From an uncultured Nitrososphaerota archaeon (GTDB taxonomy: Archaea; Thermoproteota; Nitrososphaeria; Nitrososphaerales; Gagatemarchaeaceae), in the NCBI GenBank assembly GCA_963718895.1, contig CAVRAG010000003.1:1-64000 (forward strand): a DNA stretch of 64,000 bases, written 5' to 3'. This document shows positions 20,257-29,865 of the stretch, piece by piece (the first letter of the stretch is position 1; each line of letters begins with the position of its first letter). The translations under genes were made by a program, and so were the position numbers. Under the pieces are notes generated by a model. That model made no database searches. It saw only the letters and a list, made by a program, of their open reading frames with translations, and was not told the origin of the DNA.

Positions 20257-20338
20257 GGCTGGAGCGCCGGTAAGGCCTTCGGCGTCAAATCGGATTCGTG
20301 GCCCTGCCCGACTGCGCCCGATGTGCATCTGTTGGCCG

Positions 20339-21607
20339 CTACGGAGCAAGACCGGCCCTCCCTCCTGGGGCCGCGGCCCGGCCATCACCCCGAGTCGGGA
20401 GGCTATCGCTGGCGTAGATCGCCTGCAGGACGAGGCTCACGACGCCCATCGCCACGACTATCAGCAGAAGAGACCAGTAGAGGACCTTGCCCCTTCCCCT
20501 TAGCGAGTGGACTCCCATCACGGCGCTCTTGGAGGCTATCAGACCGAGCAGGACCGCGGGGGCGATCAGGAAGATGACCTGCACCGCCAGCAGACTCAGG
20601 GAGAGGCCCACTAGGTTGAACGGCAGGAGGCTGATTGCCAGGGCGGGTATCGATTCCAGCAGGTACACCCTGAACAGGTTCTTCTTCCCCCACCCCATGG
20701 CGCTCGTCACCCCCCAGGCGCTCCCCAGCGAGACGACGACGAGCGCCACGAAGCCGGCGGATATGAGGCCGACGCCGAACAGGTAGGGCGAGAGGCTCCC
20801 TGACACGGCCGAGAGAGCTCCGGACAGGGCCTGGGGAGTCGCCAGGCTCGCGGTACCGGCTCCCGTCCCCACGGCCGCTATCTCCACGGCGATCAGTATC
20901 GATTCTGAGATGATCGCCCCCACGGCGGTCTCGAGCCTCATCGCCCAGAGGTTCTTGGAGGCGATGCCCTTCTCGGCGGTCGCGGAGGTCTGGTAGAACA
21001 GCATGAAGGGGACGATTGTGGACCCGACGTTCGCCGCTATCAGAAACAGGAAGGTCGGGGAGGCCGAGAAGTAGAACGGCTCGAACCTGATCCCCGAGCT
21101 CGCCGCGTAGTAGGCCGAGACGCCGTAGGAGACCGCCAGGACGAAGGAGATGGCCAGGAGCGGCTTCTCTATCTGCGCGTACCGGCGCCTGTACACCAGG
21201 AGGATGTTCAGGGCGAACGTCGACGGGACGGAGACGTAGGGCGGGACCCCGAAGATCTGTAGCCCTATGGCTATCCCGGCATATTCCAAGACGTAGATCA
21301 TCACGTCGGCCCCTACCATCGGCAGGGCGGCCGCAGCCGCGACCCGGGGGGCGAAGTTCTCCCTGATCAGCTGCCCCAGCCCCTTGCCGGTCACCGACCC
21401 CACCCTTCCCGCTACCTCCTGGATGACGAACAGGGGTACCGTGAGCGCGATGAGGAGCCAGATGAGCTTCGTTCCGTATAGCGCCCCGTTCTCGGCGGCG
21501 GTGATGACGCTGGCGGCGTCGACGTCGGCTATCATCACCAGCCAGGCAGGGCCCCACGTCCTCACCAGCGTCCTGAGTCTGGACGCCCGACCTTCCCCCT
21601 CGCTCAA
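20339..21607 (-). CDS. NRAMP-family divalent metal transporter
   Basis: GPAWLVMIADVDAAS, QEVAGRVGSVTGKG, GSTIVPFMLFYQ. Confidence 0.88.
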   Translation of the reverse strand: MSEGEGRASRLRTLVRTWGPAWLVMIADVDAASVITAAENGALYGTKLIWLLIALTVPLFVIQEVAGRVGSVTGKGLGQLIRENFAPRVAAAAALPMVGADVMIYVLEYAGIAIGLQIFGVPPYVSVPSTFALNILLVYRRRYAQIEKPLLAISFVLAVSYGVSAYYAASSGIRFEPFYFSASPTFLFLIAANVGSTIVPFMLFYQTSATAEKGIASKNLWAMRLETAVGAIISESILIAVEIAAVGTGAGTASLATPQALSGALSAVSGSLSPYLFGVGLISAGFVALVVVSLGSAWGVTSAMGWGKKNLFRVYLLESIPALAISLLPFNLVGLSLSLLAVQVIFLIAPAVLLGLIASKSAVMGVHSLRGRGKVLYWSLLLIVVAMGVVSLVLQAIYASDSLPTRGDGRAAAPGGRAGLAP

Positions 21608-21980
21608 TAGTAGTCCGCGGTTTCTCGAATCCGCCTTAAAGCGTTCGCTCGTGCCGGTCGGCGTCTTGATCCGGTCCAGCTCCAGACGACCGATCCGCGC
21701 TCAGGTTCCTTTGAATGAGAAGAACGCAGGTCTGGCGTCTATGTAGACGGAGGCTGCGTGAGCCGGCGGAACAAATCAGCGCTTCATATCAGAATTCTCC
21801 GTTCGAAGTCATGGCCGGACCTATATCAGGCGGCGAGGTTGCTATTCCATCCATATTCGAGCACGGTCACTTGGAAAGTTCTATCGAGATGTCGGTCTGA
21901 CGATACAGAGGAAGAGGATTCGATCGGAAGCCAAACTCAAATCATAATCGACACGACCCTGGCTCTCGCTAAGCGGCTCG

Positions 21981-22131
21981 CGCCGGGGGTAGGATTTTCG
22001 CCCGAGTCTTCTCGGGATTCGAACCCACGAGACCCGGATGGGTCACAGGCTGTCTTTGGCCAACTCAAGGCCCGCGCATTACTGTGGACGCGAATTGACC
22101 ACTCTGCTCTCAGGCACTGGTGAACCCCGGC
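21981..22131 (-). tRNA. tRNA-Ser(UGA) with four introns (22109-22123, 22082-22096, 22052-22063, 21995-22017)
   Basis: Spliced sequence GCCGGGG TA GCAGAGTGGTCTAATGC G CGGGC CTTGAGA GCCTG TGACCCATCCGGGTCT C GTGGG TTCGAAT CCTAC CCCCGGC G: full type II cloverleaf, G73 discriminator, no encoded CCA; BHB/BHL motif at each junction. Confidence 0.9.
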
Positions 22132-22299
22132 ATTCCCCGGCACCATCGGACTATCTCTTCCCCTTGATAAGGGCTTAAGATGCGGTCCCCGCTCGAGTTG
22201 AACTTCCATCGCGATGTTGGTACCTGCGATGCTGCGGAAGAAGGCTGCTACATAACAAAAAGACTGAAGCCGTAAGATGCTCAACATCTTCGCTCCTTC

Positions 22300-22578
22300 A
22301 TGAGTTCCACCGAGAACGAGGCCAGGGAGAGGAAGGGAAAGGACCCGGACTTCCCGTGGAAGAACGAGTCGCTCGAGGGCACCGACAGGGACGCCGCAAG
22401 GGAACACAACCCGGAGGACTCCGACCTGTCGCCGGACGACTTCAAACCCTGGGGTTCGATGCGCGCGACCCCGGACACAGATTCGTCTGCCGCCCAACCT
22501 CGCGACAATGGGACGGGGCTCGGTCCCGATGATAAGGCGACGAGGTCCCAGAGAGAGAAGGAAGACCCGGAACCCTGA
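22300..22578 (+). CDS. Small acidic, probably disordered hypothetical protein
   Basis: 92 aa, D/E/P-rich, ATG start. Confidence 0.5.
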   Translation: MSSTENEARERKGKDPDFPWKNESLEGTDRDAAREHNPEDSDLSPDDFKPWGSMRATPDTDSSAAQPRDNGTGLGPDDKATRSQREKEDPEP

Positions 22579-22677
22579 CCCATGGAAGAGTCCTCCAGCC
22601 GTTCGCCTCCTTTCGGACCTTCAGCGTCCATGAGTGAAGTCTGAACCGTTATTACCTGTCGGCTGCGACGTGCAACC

Positions 22678-23569
22678 ATGGCCTCAGTGAAGAAGGTAGC
22701 CGTCCTCGGAGCCGGCCTCATGGGACACGGCATAGCCCAGGTCTCGGCGCAGGTCGCAGGGTACGAGGTCTCGCTCCTCGACGTCGAGCAGGAGTACCTC
22801 GACAGGGGGATCGTCGATGATCAGGGATAGCCTGGCGAAGTTCGTTTCCAAGGGGTCGCTTACCCAGGCGGACGCGGAGAAGGTCGTCTCGAGGATCCAT
22901 CCGACCACAGACCTGAAGACCGCGGTCCAGGGCTCGCAGCTGGTGATCGAGGCCGCGACCGAAGACCCCAAGCTGAAGCTCCACCTCTACCGGCGCGTCG
23001 ACGAGCTCCTCGACCCCGGCGCGGTCCTCGCCTCGAACACGTCCTCGATCAGCATAACGCTGCTCGGGTCGGCGACGAAGAACCCCGAGAACGTGCTCGG
23101 GATGCACTTCTTCAACCCTCCCCAGCTCATGCCGCTCATCGAGATAATCAGGGGGGCGAAGACCTCCGACCTGACCGTGGCGTTCGCGAGGGAGGTTGCA
23201 TCGTCGATGAAGAAGGAGACGGTCCTCTGCAAGAAGGACTCGCCCGGGTTCATAGTGAACAGGATCCTGGTCCCCGCGCTCAACGAGGCGACGCTCCTCG
23301 TGAACGAGGGCGTGGCGGACCCCGAGGACATCGACAAGGCGATCGCGCTGGGACTGAACTGGCCGATGGGCCCGCTCAGGCTCCTGGACTACGTGGGCCT
23401 CGACACCACCCTGAACATCTCGGAGGTCTTCATGGCGGAGTTCCAAGATAGCAAATACAGGCCTTCGCCCCTCATCAAGCAGATGGTCAGGGCGGGGATG
23501 CTCGGAAGGAAGTCCGGGAAGGGATTCTACGAATGGGGCTCTGCTTCCTCGACTAGGCCGAAAGCCTGA
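22678..23569 (+). CDS. 3-hydroxyacyl(butyryl)-CoA dehydrogenase, frameshift near 22810
   Basis: [53 protein letters not shown]. Confidence 0.93.
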
Positions 23570-23954
23570 CGCGAAGCGTCTCCGGGATCGGCACCGGCTT
23601 GCCGTCCCCATCGATGACGACGTGGACGGTGGCGCCCCTGCAGAGCAGCTCCATCGCCGGGAGCTTGAAGACCTCGTTCTCGAACGTGACGCTGGTGTTG
23701 CCCATCTCCTTCACCCGGGTCCTGACGAGCAGTTCGTCGTCGAACCGCGCCGGGGCCATGTAGTTAGCCTGCGCTGCTACGACGGGCATGAAGATGCCTA
23801 GCTCCTCGATGTCCTTGTAGACGATCCCCCTGGACCTGAGCAGCTCGATCCTCCCGGACTCGAACCAGACCAGGTAGTTCGCGTAGTAGGCCACGCGCAT
23901 CGTGTCGGTGTCCGCGTACCTCACCCTCACCCTGATCTCGTGCTCGACGTTCAA
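23553..23954 (-). CDS. Acyl-CoA thioesterase (YbgC/FadM family)
   Basis: RVRYADTD.M.VAYYANYLVWFESGR, PARFDD. Confidence 0.9.
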   Translation of the reverse strand: MNVEHEIRVRVRYADTDTMRVAYYANYLVWFESGRIELLRSRGIVYKDIEELGIFMPVVAAQANYMAPARFDDELLVRTRVKEMGNTSVTFENEVFKLPAMELLCRGATVHVVIDGDGKPVPIPETLRVRLSA

Positions 23955-24020
23955 GCTGCTTATCGGGACCACCCCTTCCAGGGCTATGCTTTTTACGTTC
24001 CGCCCTACTGCGAGCTAGGC

Positions 24021-24797
24021 ATGGGTTACCAGACCATAACGGTATCCGACGAGCGGCCGGTCGCGGTGATAACTCTGAACCGTCCCGACGCGCTCAACGC
24101 CCTGAACGGCAGCATGGTCTCCGAGCTGACCGAGGCCCTGACGAGCCTGGCGAAGGACGACTCGATAAGATGCCTCGTCCTGACGGGGAGCGGGAGGGCG
24201 TTCTGCGCCGGGGCCGACATCAGGGAGATGGCGGGCAAGTCTGCCGTCGACATGGTCCGGACCGAGCACTTCCACGCCCTCTGGGAGATGGCCGGCAGGT
24301 ATCCCAAGCCAATGGTCGCAGCCCTCAGCGGCTACGCGCTGGGCGGCGGGCTCGAGCTGGCCATGTGCTGCGACGTCATCGTCGCCGCGGAGGGGACCAA
24401 GATGGGACTGCCCGAGATCAACATCGGGGTAATGCCTGGCGGAGGCGGGACACAGAGGCTCACCAGGGCCCTGGGCAAGTACAGGGCGATGGAGATGGTG
24501 CTCACCGGGTCGAACATCACGGCCGAGGAGGCCGCATCCCTCGGGCTGGTCAACAGGGTCGTGCCCGCTGGCCAGCACCTTCAGGAGGCGAGGAAGACCG
24601 CCCTCGTCATCGCCTCGAAGGGGCCCGTCGCCGTCAAGCTGGCGAAAGCGGCGGTCAACAGGGCCGAAGAGAGCGGACTCTCCGAGGGGCTGGAGTACGA
24701 GAGACAGCTGTTCTACATGATCTTCGCGACCAAGGACAAGGACGAGGGGATGAAGGCGTTCCTCGAGAAGAGACGGCCCGAGTTCAGGGGCGAGTGA
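24021..24797 (+). CDS. Enoyl-CoA hydratase/crotonase
   Basis: LNRPDALNAL, AFCAGADI, ALGGGLELA, PEINIG.PGGGGTQRL. Confidence 0.95.
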   Translation: MGYQTITVSDERPVAVITLNRPDALNALNGSMVSELTEALTSLAKDDSIRCLVLTGSGRAFCAGADIREMAGKSAVDMVRTEHFHALWEMAGRYPKPMVAALSGYALGGGLELAMCCDVIVAAEGTKMGLPEINIGVMPGGGGTQRLTRALGKYRAMEMVLTGSNITAEEAASLGLVNRVVPAGQHLQEARKTALVIASKGPVAVKLAKAAVNRAEESGLSEGLEYERQLFYMIFATKDKDEGMKAFLEKRRPEFRGE

Positions 24798-24868
24798 CGG
24801 GCCCCGCTAACCGTAAGCATAGCCAGCAAGTCTTATCTCTGCTGTGCAACGGCACACGGCGCCCGTTC

Positions 24869-25339
24869 ATGGTCCTCTACAGGCGAGCGAACAGACAGTA
24901 CGTAGCGATGTCCGAGGAGGAAGTCTGGAAGTTCCTCGAGTCGCAGACGAAGATCTACGCTGCCTTCCCGATGAGAGACGGATATCCTCACGTCTCGCCG
25001 ATCTGGTTCTGCGTGGAGGACGGGACGATCTACCTGAGGACCCACGACTACAAGACCAAGACCAAGCTCGCCCGCGCGGGGAAGGCCTGCCTCGTCGCGG
25101 ACGACGGCTACCTGTACAGGGAGCTCCGAGGCGTCATCGTCTGGGGGAGGTCTCGGGTGATAAGCGACCCGGAGCTGATCGGCCACATCAACGGCATCAT
25201 GGACAAGAAGTACGAGAGACAGCAGTGGAAGGCCTCCGAGATGCCGAGCGGCTGGGTCGAGGAGAGGAGGAAGGAGAAGCGGGCCTTCATCGAGGTCAAG
25301 CCCGAGAGGATCGACTCCTGGGATAACGGGAAGGTCTAA
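24869..25339 (+). CDS. Pyridoxamine 5'-phosphate oxidase-like (split-barrel flavin/F420-binding) protein
   Basis: DGYPHVSPIWF, ELRGVIVWG, P..I.SWD. Confidence 0.85.
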   Translation: MVLYRRANRQYVAMSEEEVWKFLESQTKIYAAFPMRDGYPHVSPIWFCVEDGTIYLRTHDYKTKTKLARAGKACLVADDGYLYRELRGVIVWGRSRVISDPELIGHINGIMDKKYERQQWKASEMPSGWVEERRKEKRAFIEVKPERIDSWDNGKV

Positions 25340-25911
25340 TCCCTCTCCCAGACCTCGTCCTTGACACCCTCGAGGGCGTTGCCGAACCTGGCGGCGTTGA
25401 AGAGATAGGTCGAGAGCCTGTTGAGGAACGGGACGAGCTCGGGGTTCACCTCCTCCTTCTTCGACAGCGAGACGACCGTCCTCTCCGCCCTCCTGCAGAC
25501 CGAGCGCGCGAGATGGAGGTTCGCCGAGAGCGCGCTCCCTCCGGGCAGGATGAAGCTCGTAAGACGCGGCAGCTTCGTCTGGAGGTCGTCGATCATCGCC
25601 TCGAGCCTCTCGGTGTCCCGCTTCTGAATCCGCGGGACCCTGTCCTGCTGCCCCTCTGCCACCCGTTCGGCGGCCAGGTCCGCCCCTGCGACGAAGAGCC
25701 TCCCCTGGACCCATCTCAGCCCCTCCGAGACCTCCTCCCTGTCTGTGCTGGACACGGCCACGCCGATGCAGCTGTTCAGCTCGTCGACCGTCCCGTAGGC
25801 CTCGACCCTCTTCGAGTCCTTGGCCACCCTCTTCGGTCCGTAGAGCCCCGTCTGGCCCTTGTCCCCCGCCCTAGTGTACAACTGAGTTTCGCGTTCTTGT
25901 CCTCTACTCAA
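25336..25911 (-). CDS. PduO-type ATP:cob(I)alamin adenosyltransferase
   Basis: YTRAGDKGQT, AYGTVDELNS, FILPGG, ARSVCRRAER, LNRLS. Confidence 0.95.
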   Translation of the reverse strand: MSRGQERETQLYTRAGDKGQTGLYGPKRVAKDSKRVEAYGTVDELNSCIGVAVSSTDREEVSEGLRWVQGRLFVAGADLAAERVAEGQQDRVPRIQKRDTERLEAMIDDLQTKLPRLTSFILPGGSALSANLHLARSVCRRAERTVVSLSKKEEVNPELVPFLNRLSTYLFNAARFGNALEGVKDEVWERD

Positions 25912-26020
25912 CTATTTTAGGCTTGGAGGTCGCAACTTTTATCGACCCAACGCATATAATCTAACGTTTCGTAGACACGAGAACTGGTGCAGTTCTAGAC
26001 GCCTACCGAGTTCTCGACCG

Positions 26021-26424
26021 ATGATTCAGATCATCTATTCACTCCGCACGAGGCACAGCGGATTCTGCCCGACATCAAGCTCCGGCTCAAGGAGATCATC
26101 GAGCGCAAGCGGATAGCCGACAGGCTCAAGGACGACATCGAGCACTACGGCCTGGTCGGGTTCGAGACCTCCGAGCTCTCGCTGAAGAACCAGGAGCTCG
26201 ACGCAGTCGTGAAGGACCTGATGGCGCGCGTCTCGGAGCTCGAGGACCTGGGGGTCAGGGTCCGCGACATCGACGCAGGGCTGATCGACTTCCCGGCAAT
26301 CCGGTTCGGGAACACCGTCTACCTCTGCTGGAGGTACGGCGAGTCCGAGATCGAGTTCTGGCACGGGGCCGACGAAGGGTTCAACGGGAGAAAGTCCCTG
26401 AAGCAGCAGGTAATCTCCCCCTGA
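26021..26424 (+). CDS. DUF2203 family protein; start uncertain
   Basis: FTPHEAQRILP...RDIDAGLIDFP...YLCWRYGE..I.FWH...GF.GRK. Confidence 0.8.
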
Positions 26425-26477
26425 GCGGCGTCCCAATCGACTAGGTTTTTGTATCGGCCCTTTCCTGTGCAGGGTCC

Positions 26478-26955
26478 ATGGTAGCCGCTACCGACGAGCT
26501 CAGAGGAAGGTTCCCCTGCGCCAGACTTCACCCTCCCGTCCTCGACCGGGAAGGATGTCTCTCTCCACGGGCTGCGAGGCAAGAAGGTGGTGCTCTACTT
26601 CTATCCGGAGGACGACACCTCCGGCTGCACCAAGGAGGCGTGTTCATTCAGGGACAACCTCCCCAACTTCGAGAAGCTCGACGCGGTCATCCTCGGCGTC
26701 AGCAAGGACTCGGTGGATTCGCACCAGAGGTTCATCAAGAAATACGGCCTCAACTTCACGCTGCTCAGCGACGAGGACCTCAAGGTCCACAACCTCTACG
26801 GCACCTGGAAGGAGAAGAACATGTACGGGAGGAAGTACATGGGGACGGAGCGCTCCACGTTCGTGATAGGAGAGGACGGGAAGATCAAGAAGGTCTTCAG
26901 GAAGGTACACGTGGACGGGCACGAGAAGGAAGTCCTGGACGCCCTCGCCTCATGA
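26478..26955 (+). CDS. bcp: Peroxiredoxin BCP/PrxQ, frameshift near 26560
   Basis: APDFTLP, VLYFYPEDDTSGCTKEACSFRD, ERSTFVI. Confidence 0.92.
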
Positions 26956-26965
26956 GTGGACGGCG

Positions 26966-27682
26966 TTGGGCTCAATCCTCGGCGGGTTGAAGGCCGGCGC
27001 CGTCGCGAGCATATTCTTCGCGGGCTCGGCCTCGGCGTTCAACGCGCTGATACTTCTCTCCTTCAGGAGTGATGTCATCACCTATCTCGACTCGACGTCG
27101 CCCTCGCAGTGCTCCTCGGCAGTGACCGCTGGACTTGTGGGCTCGGGAGAATACTGCTTCTCGACCCTCCTCTACCCCGGAATCCCGTTTTACGACTTTG
27201 TCCGGACACTCATCATCGCCATCTTCTTCTCCCTCTCGATCGGGATATACTTCGACTACATCCCCGGCCGATCCTACACGAGAAAGGCGCTCCTCGCCTC
27301 CCTCATCATGCTCGTCGTCATGCTCTTCCTGGGTCTCTACGGGCTCGTAACGGACGGGCTGCAGGAGGTCCTCATGGTCTCCTTCGAGATCGTGGCGGCG
27401 GCGATCTTCGCCGTCGTCTTCGCCCAGCTCTACCGGAGGTTCACGAGGGAGGTGGAGTTCCAGAGCCAGAGGACGGCCTCTATGAAGGTCATGGTCGACA
27501 GGCGCGACCTGACAGGCAGGAAGCGCACCTTCTCCACCAACTCGACGCACAAGGTCGAGGCCGTCTCCGAGGGGAAGCCGTTCAAGGAATGGCTCGTGAG
27601 CGGAGGGGTAAGCGTCAAGGAACCGAAGGAGTCCAAGACCACGATCAGGGTGGTCGGGGACGGCCTCCTGAAAGCCGCCTGA
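26966..27682 (+). CDS. Membrane protein with C-terminal beta domain
   Basis: About four TM helices followed by a soluble tail; host-like codons. Confidence 0.6.
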   Translation: MGSILGGLKAGAVASIFFAGSASAFNALILLSFRSDVITYLDSTSPSQCSSAVTAGLVGSGEYCFSTLLYPGIPFYDFVRTLIIAIFFSLSIGIYFDYIPGRSYTRKALLASLIMLVVMLFLGLYGLVTDGLQEVLMVSFEIVAAAIFAVVFAQLYRRFTREVEFQSQRTASMKVMVDRRDLTGRKRTFSTNSTHKVEAVSEGKPFKEWLVSGGVSVKEPKESKTTIRVVGDGLLKAA

Positions 27683-27724
27683 GCCGACGGCCCGGCGCCG
27701 TGGTCTGGCCGCGACCCGTCCCGG

Positions 27725-28213
27725 CTACTTGGTCCGCTCGTCCTCTCTGGCGAACGTGTTGACGAGGGGCCTGAACCCGCGCTTGGTATAGAACCTGGAG
27801 GCGATCTCGTTCCTCGCCGGGAAATCCGCCACTATCATCTCCGCCCCCATCTTCTTGAGCCTCTCGGAGGCGTGCTGCAGCATGTCGTCCCCGAGCGCCC
27901 TCCTCCTCCACTCCGGGAGGATGTAGAAGTCCGTGATCCTGCCTTCCCTGGAGGGCTGATAGAACAGCCTCTCCTCGACCTCCGCCCTGAGCACGCCCAG
28001 GACCTTCGGGCCCTTCGCGGCCACCAGGACGAGGCGGTTCTCCGCTCCCATAGACGCCCTCAGGTACTTAGTGGCCCTCGCCTTGGCGTCGTCGAACACC
28101 TTGAAGAGAGGGTCGAACTCTCCGTTGAGCTTCTTCATCCGAACGATCAGGTCCGCCGCCTCTTCGAGGTCCCCCTCCTCCGCCTCCCTTATCGCTGGTT
28201 CTTTCATATTCAA
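27725..28213 (-). CDS. GNAT family acetyltransferase
   Basis: DFYILPEWRRRALG, N.IA..FY.KRGF. Confidence 0.88.
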   Translation of the reverse strand: MNMKEPAIREAEEGDLEEAADLIVRMKKLNGEFDPLFKVFDDAKARATKYLRASMGAENRLVLVAAKGPKVLGVLRAEVEERLFYQPSREGRITDFYILPEWRRRALGDDMLQHASERLKKMGAEMIVADFPARNEIASRFYTKRGFRPLVNTFAREDERTK

Positions 28214-29568
28214 TCTCCCCGGTTCGCGGGTCTGTCTTCTGGGAGCGGTGCTATTATCCCCTTCTCGATCAGGACCGAGGAGAGGCTCCTGCTCTGTTGG
28301 ATGATCCGCCGCGCCTCCGCAAAGAGCTCGCCCTTCGAGAGGCTCTTGCGCGCCAACCCCTCCCGCTGTGCCTGCTCTCCTATCACGGCGGCGACGGACG
28401 GGAACACGTCCCAGTCGAGCATCGTGGGGATGATGTTCGTCCCGCTCAATCCCTTCGTCCTCGCGAAGTTCGCAAGCTCTCTCGCTGCCGCGATCACCAT
28501 CGTGTCGCTGATGGTCGTCGCACGCACGTCGAGGGCCCCCCGGAAGAGTCCCGGGAAGAGCACGCTGTTGTTCACCTGGTTGGGGAAGTCCGACCTCCCG
28601 GTCGCCACGATCGCCGCTCCCGCGTTCACCGCTTCATCGGGCCACATCTCAGGCACGGGGTTTGAGAGGAGGAATGTGATCGGGCCGCGGTTCATCGCTG
28701 AGATGTCCTCCCCCTTGATCACGTGAGGACCGGGGGTCGCCGCAGCGACGAGCACGTCCGCCCCGGACAGGGCGGCCTTCAGGGGCCCGTGGACCTTCGA
28801 GGCGTTGGTCTTGAGCGCCATCTCGTACTTCCACCTGTTCCTCATCAGGAGCTGGTCGATGTCCTCCCGCTCAGAATGGAGGATCCCCTTCGAATCGACG
28901 AGGATCATCTCGCTCGCCGGCGCCCCCGCCTCGATGAGGAGCCTCGCGGTGGCTATGTTGGCCGCGCCGGACCCGAAGAGCACTATCCTCGAGCTCTTGA
29001 GGTCTCTACCGGTGAGCTCGAGCGCGTTGTAGAGCGCCGCGAGTACGACGCCCGCCGTCCCCTGCTGGTCGTCGTGCCAGACGGGGATCTTCATCTTGCT
29101 GCGGAGCCTCTCAAGGATGTCGAAGCACCGGGGCGAGGCTATGTCCTCAAGGTTGATCCCGCCCAGGCCCGGCTCGAGCGCCTCGGCGACGGCTATGAAC
29201 TCCTCTTCCGAGGAGACCCTCACCGGGATCGGTATGGCGTCGACACCGCCCAGATACTTGTAGATGAGCGCCTTGCCCTCCATCACAGGGAGGGACGCCT
29301 CCGGGCCTATGTCCCCAAGGCCCAGGACCCTGCTGCCGTCGGTCAGGACGGCGATTGTGTTCCACCTGTTGGTGTAATCGAACGAGAGGGCGGCGTCCTT
29401 CTCGATTGCCCTCGACACAGCGGCCACCCCAGGGGTGTACCAGACCGAGAAGTCGTCGAGCGACCTGACGGGGACCTTGGGCACAGTACCGACCTTGCCC
29501 CGGTAGAACGCGGAGTACTCCAGCGCCCGACGTGACGCCTGGTCCTGGCCCTCTCCCTCCGTAGGCAT
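28210..29568 (-). CDS. NAD(P)-dependent malic enzyme
   Basis: [49 protein letters not shown]. Confidence 0.95.
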   Translation of the reverse strand: MPTEGEGQDQASRRALEYSAFYRGKVGTVPKVPVRSLDDFSVWYTPGVAAVSRAIEKDAALSFDYTNRWNTIAVLTDGSRVLGLGDIGPEASLPVMEGKALIYKYLGGVDAIPIPVRVSSEEEFIAVAEALEPGLGGINLEDIASPRCFDILERLRSKMKIPVWHDDQQGTAGVVLAALYNALELTGRDLKSSRIVLFGSGAANIATARLLIEAGAPASEMILVDSKGILHSEREDIDQLLMRNRWKYEMALKTNASKVHGPLKAALSGADVLVAAATPGPHVIKGEDISAMNRGPITFLLSNPVPEMWPDEAVNAGAAIVATGRSDFPNQVNNSVLFPGLFRGALDVRATTISDTMVIAAARELANFARTKGLSGTNIIPTMLDWDVFPSVAAVIGEQAQREGLARKSLSKGELFAEARRIIQQSRSLSSVLIEKGIIAPLPEDRPANRGD

Positions 29569-29625
29569 GCCGCCCTCGGGCGCGCTCGCTGTTTTAAAGG
29601 TGCATGAGAGTTCGGCAGGAGCCGA

Positions 29626-29775
29626 TTAGTGAGCGTGTCCGTACCTGTGCGGGTCCCTGTCGAACTGCGCCTTGCACGCAGCGGAACAGAAGTAGAAGGC
29701 GTGGCCGTCGTGCTCCGACTTGAGCTTGCTCTTGGTCTCATCGACCGTCATTCCGCAGACCGGATCCTTGACCAT
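29626..29775 (-). CDS. YHS/TRASH metal-binding domain protein
   Basis: KDPVCGM.V...FYFCSAACK.QF..DP.RY. Confidence 0.9.
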   Translation of the reverse strand: MVKDPVCGMTVDETKSKLKSEHDGHAFYFCSAACKAQFDRDPHRYGHAH

Positions 29776-29865
29776 GGTTGACCCTCGGCGGGTGAGATAT
29801 TTCAGACTTATCGCCGCCGGGAGTCTCCCCAAAGCTTATTTTCGGTCGGGTTCGCGCGAACAACA

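Noticed and set aside
21758-22497. ORFs 21758-22123 and 21937-22497
   Set aside because: They overlap the intron-containing tRNA and show no protein motifs.
22678-24797. Evidence for the 3HP/4HB carbon-fixation cycle
   Set aside because: These dehydrogenase, crotonase and thioesterase families are generic CoA enzymes; no diagnostic cycle gene is in the window.
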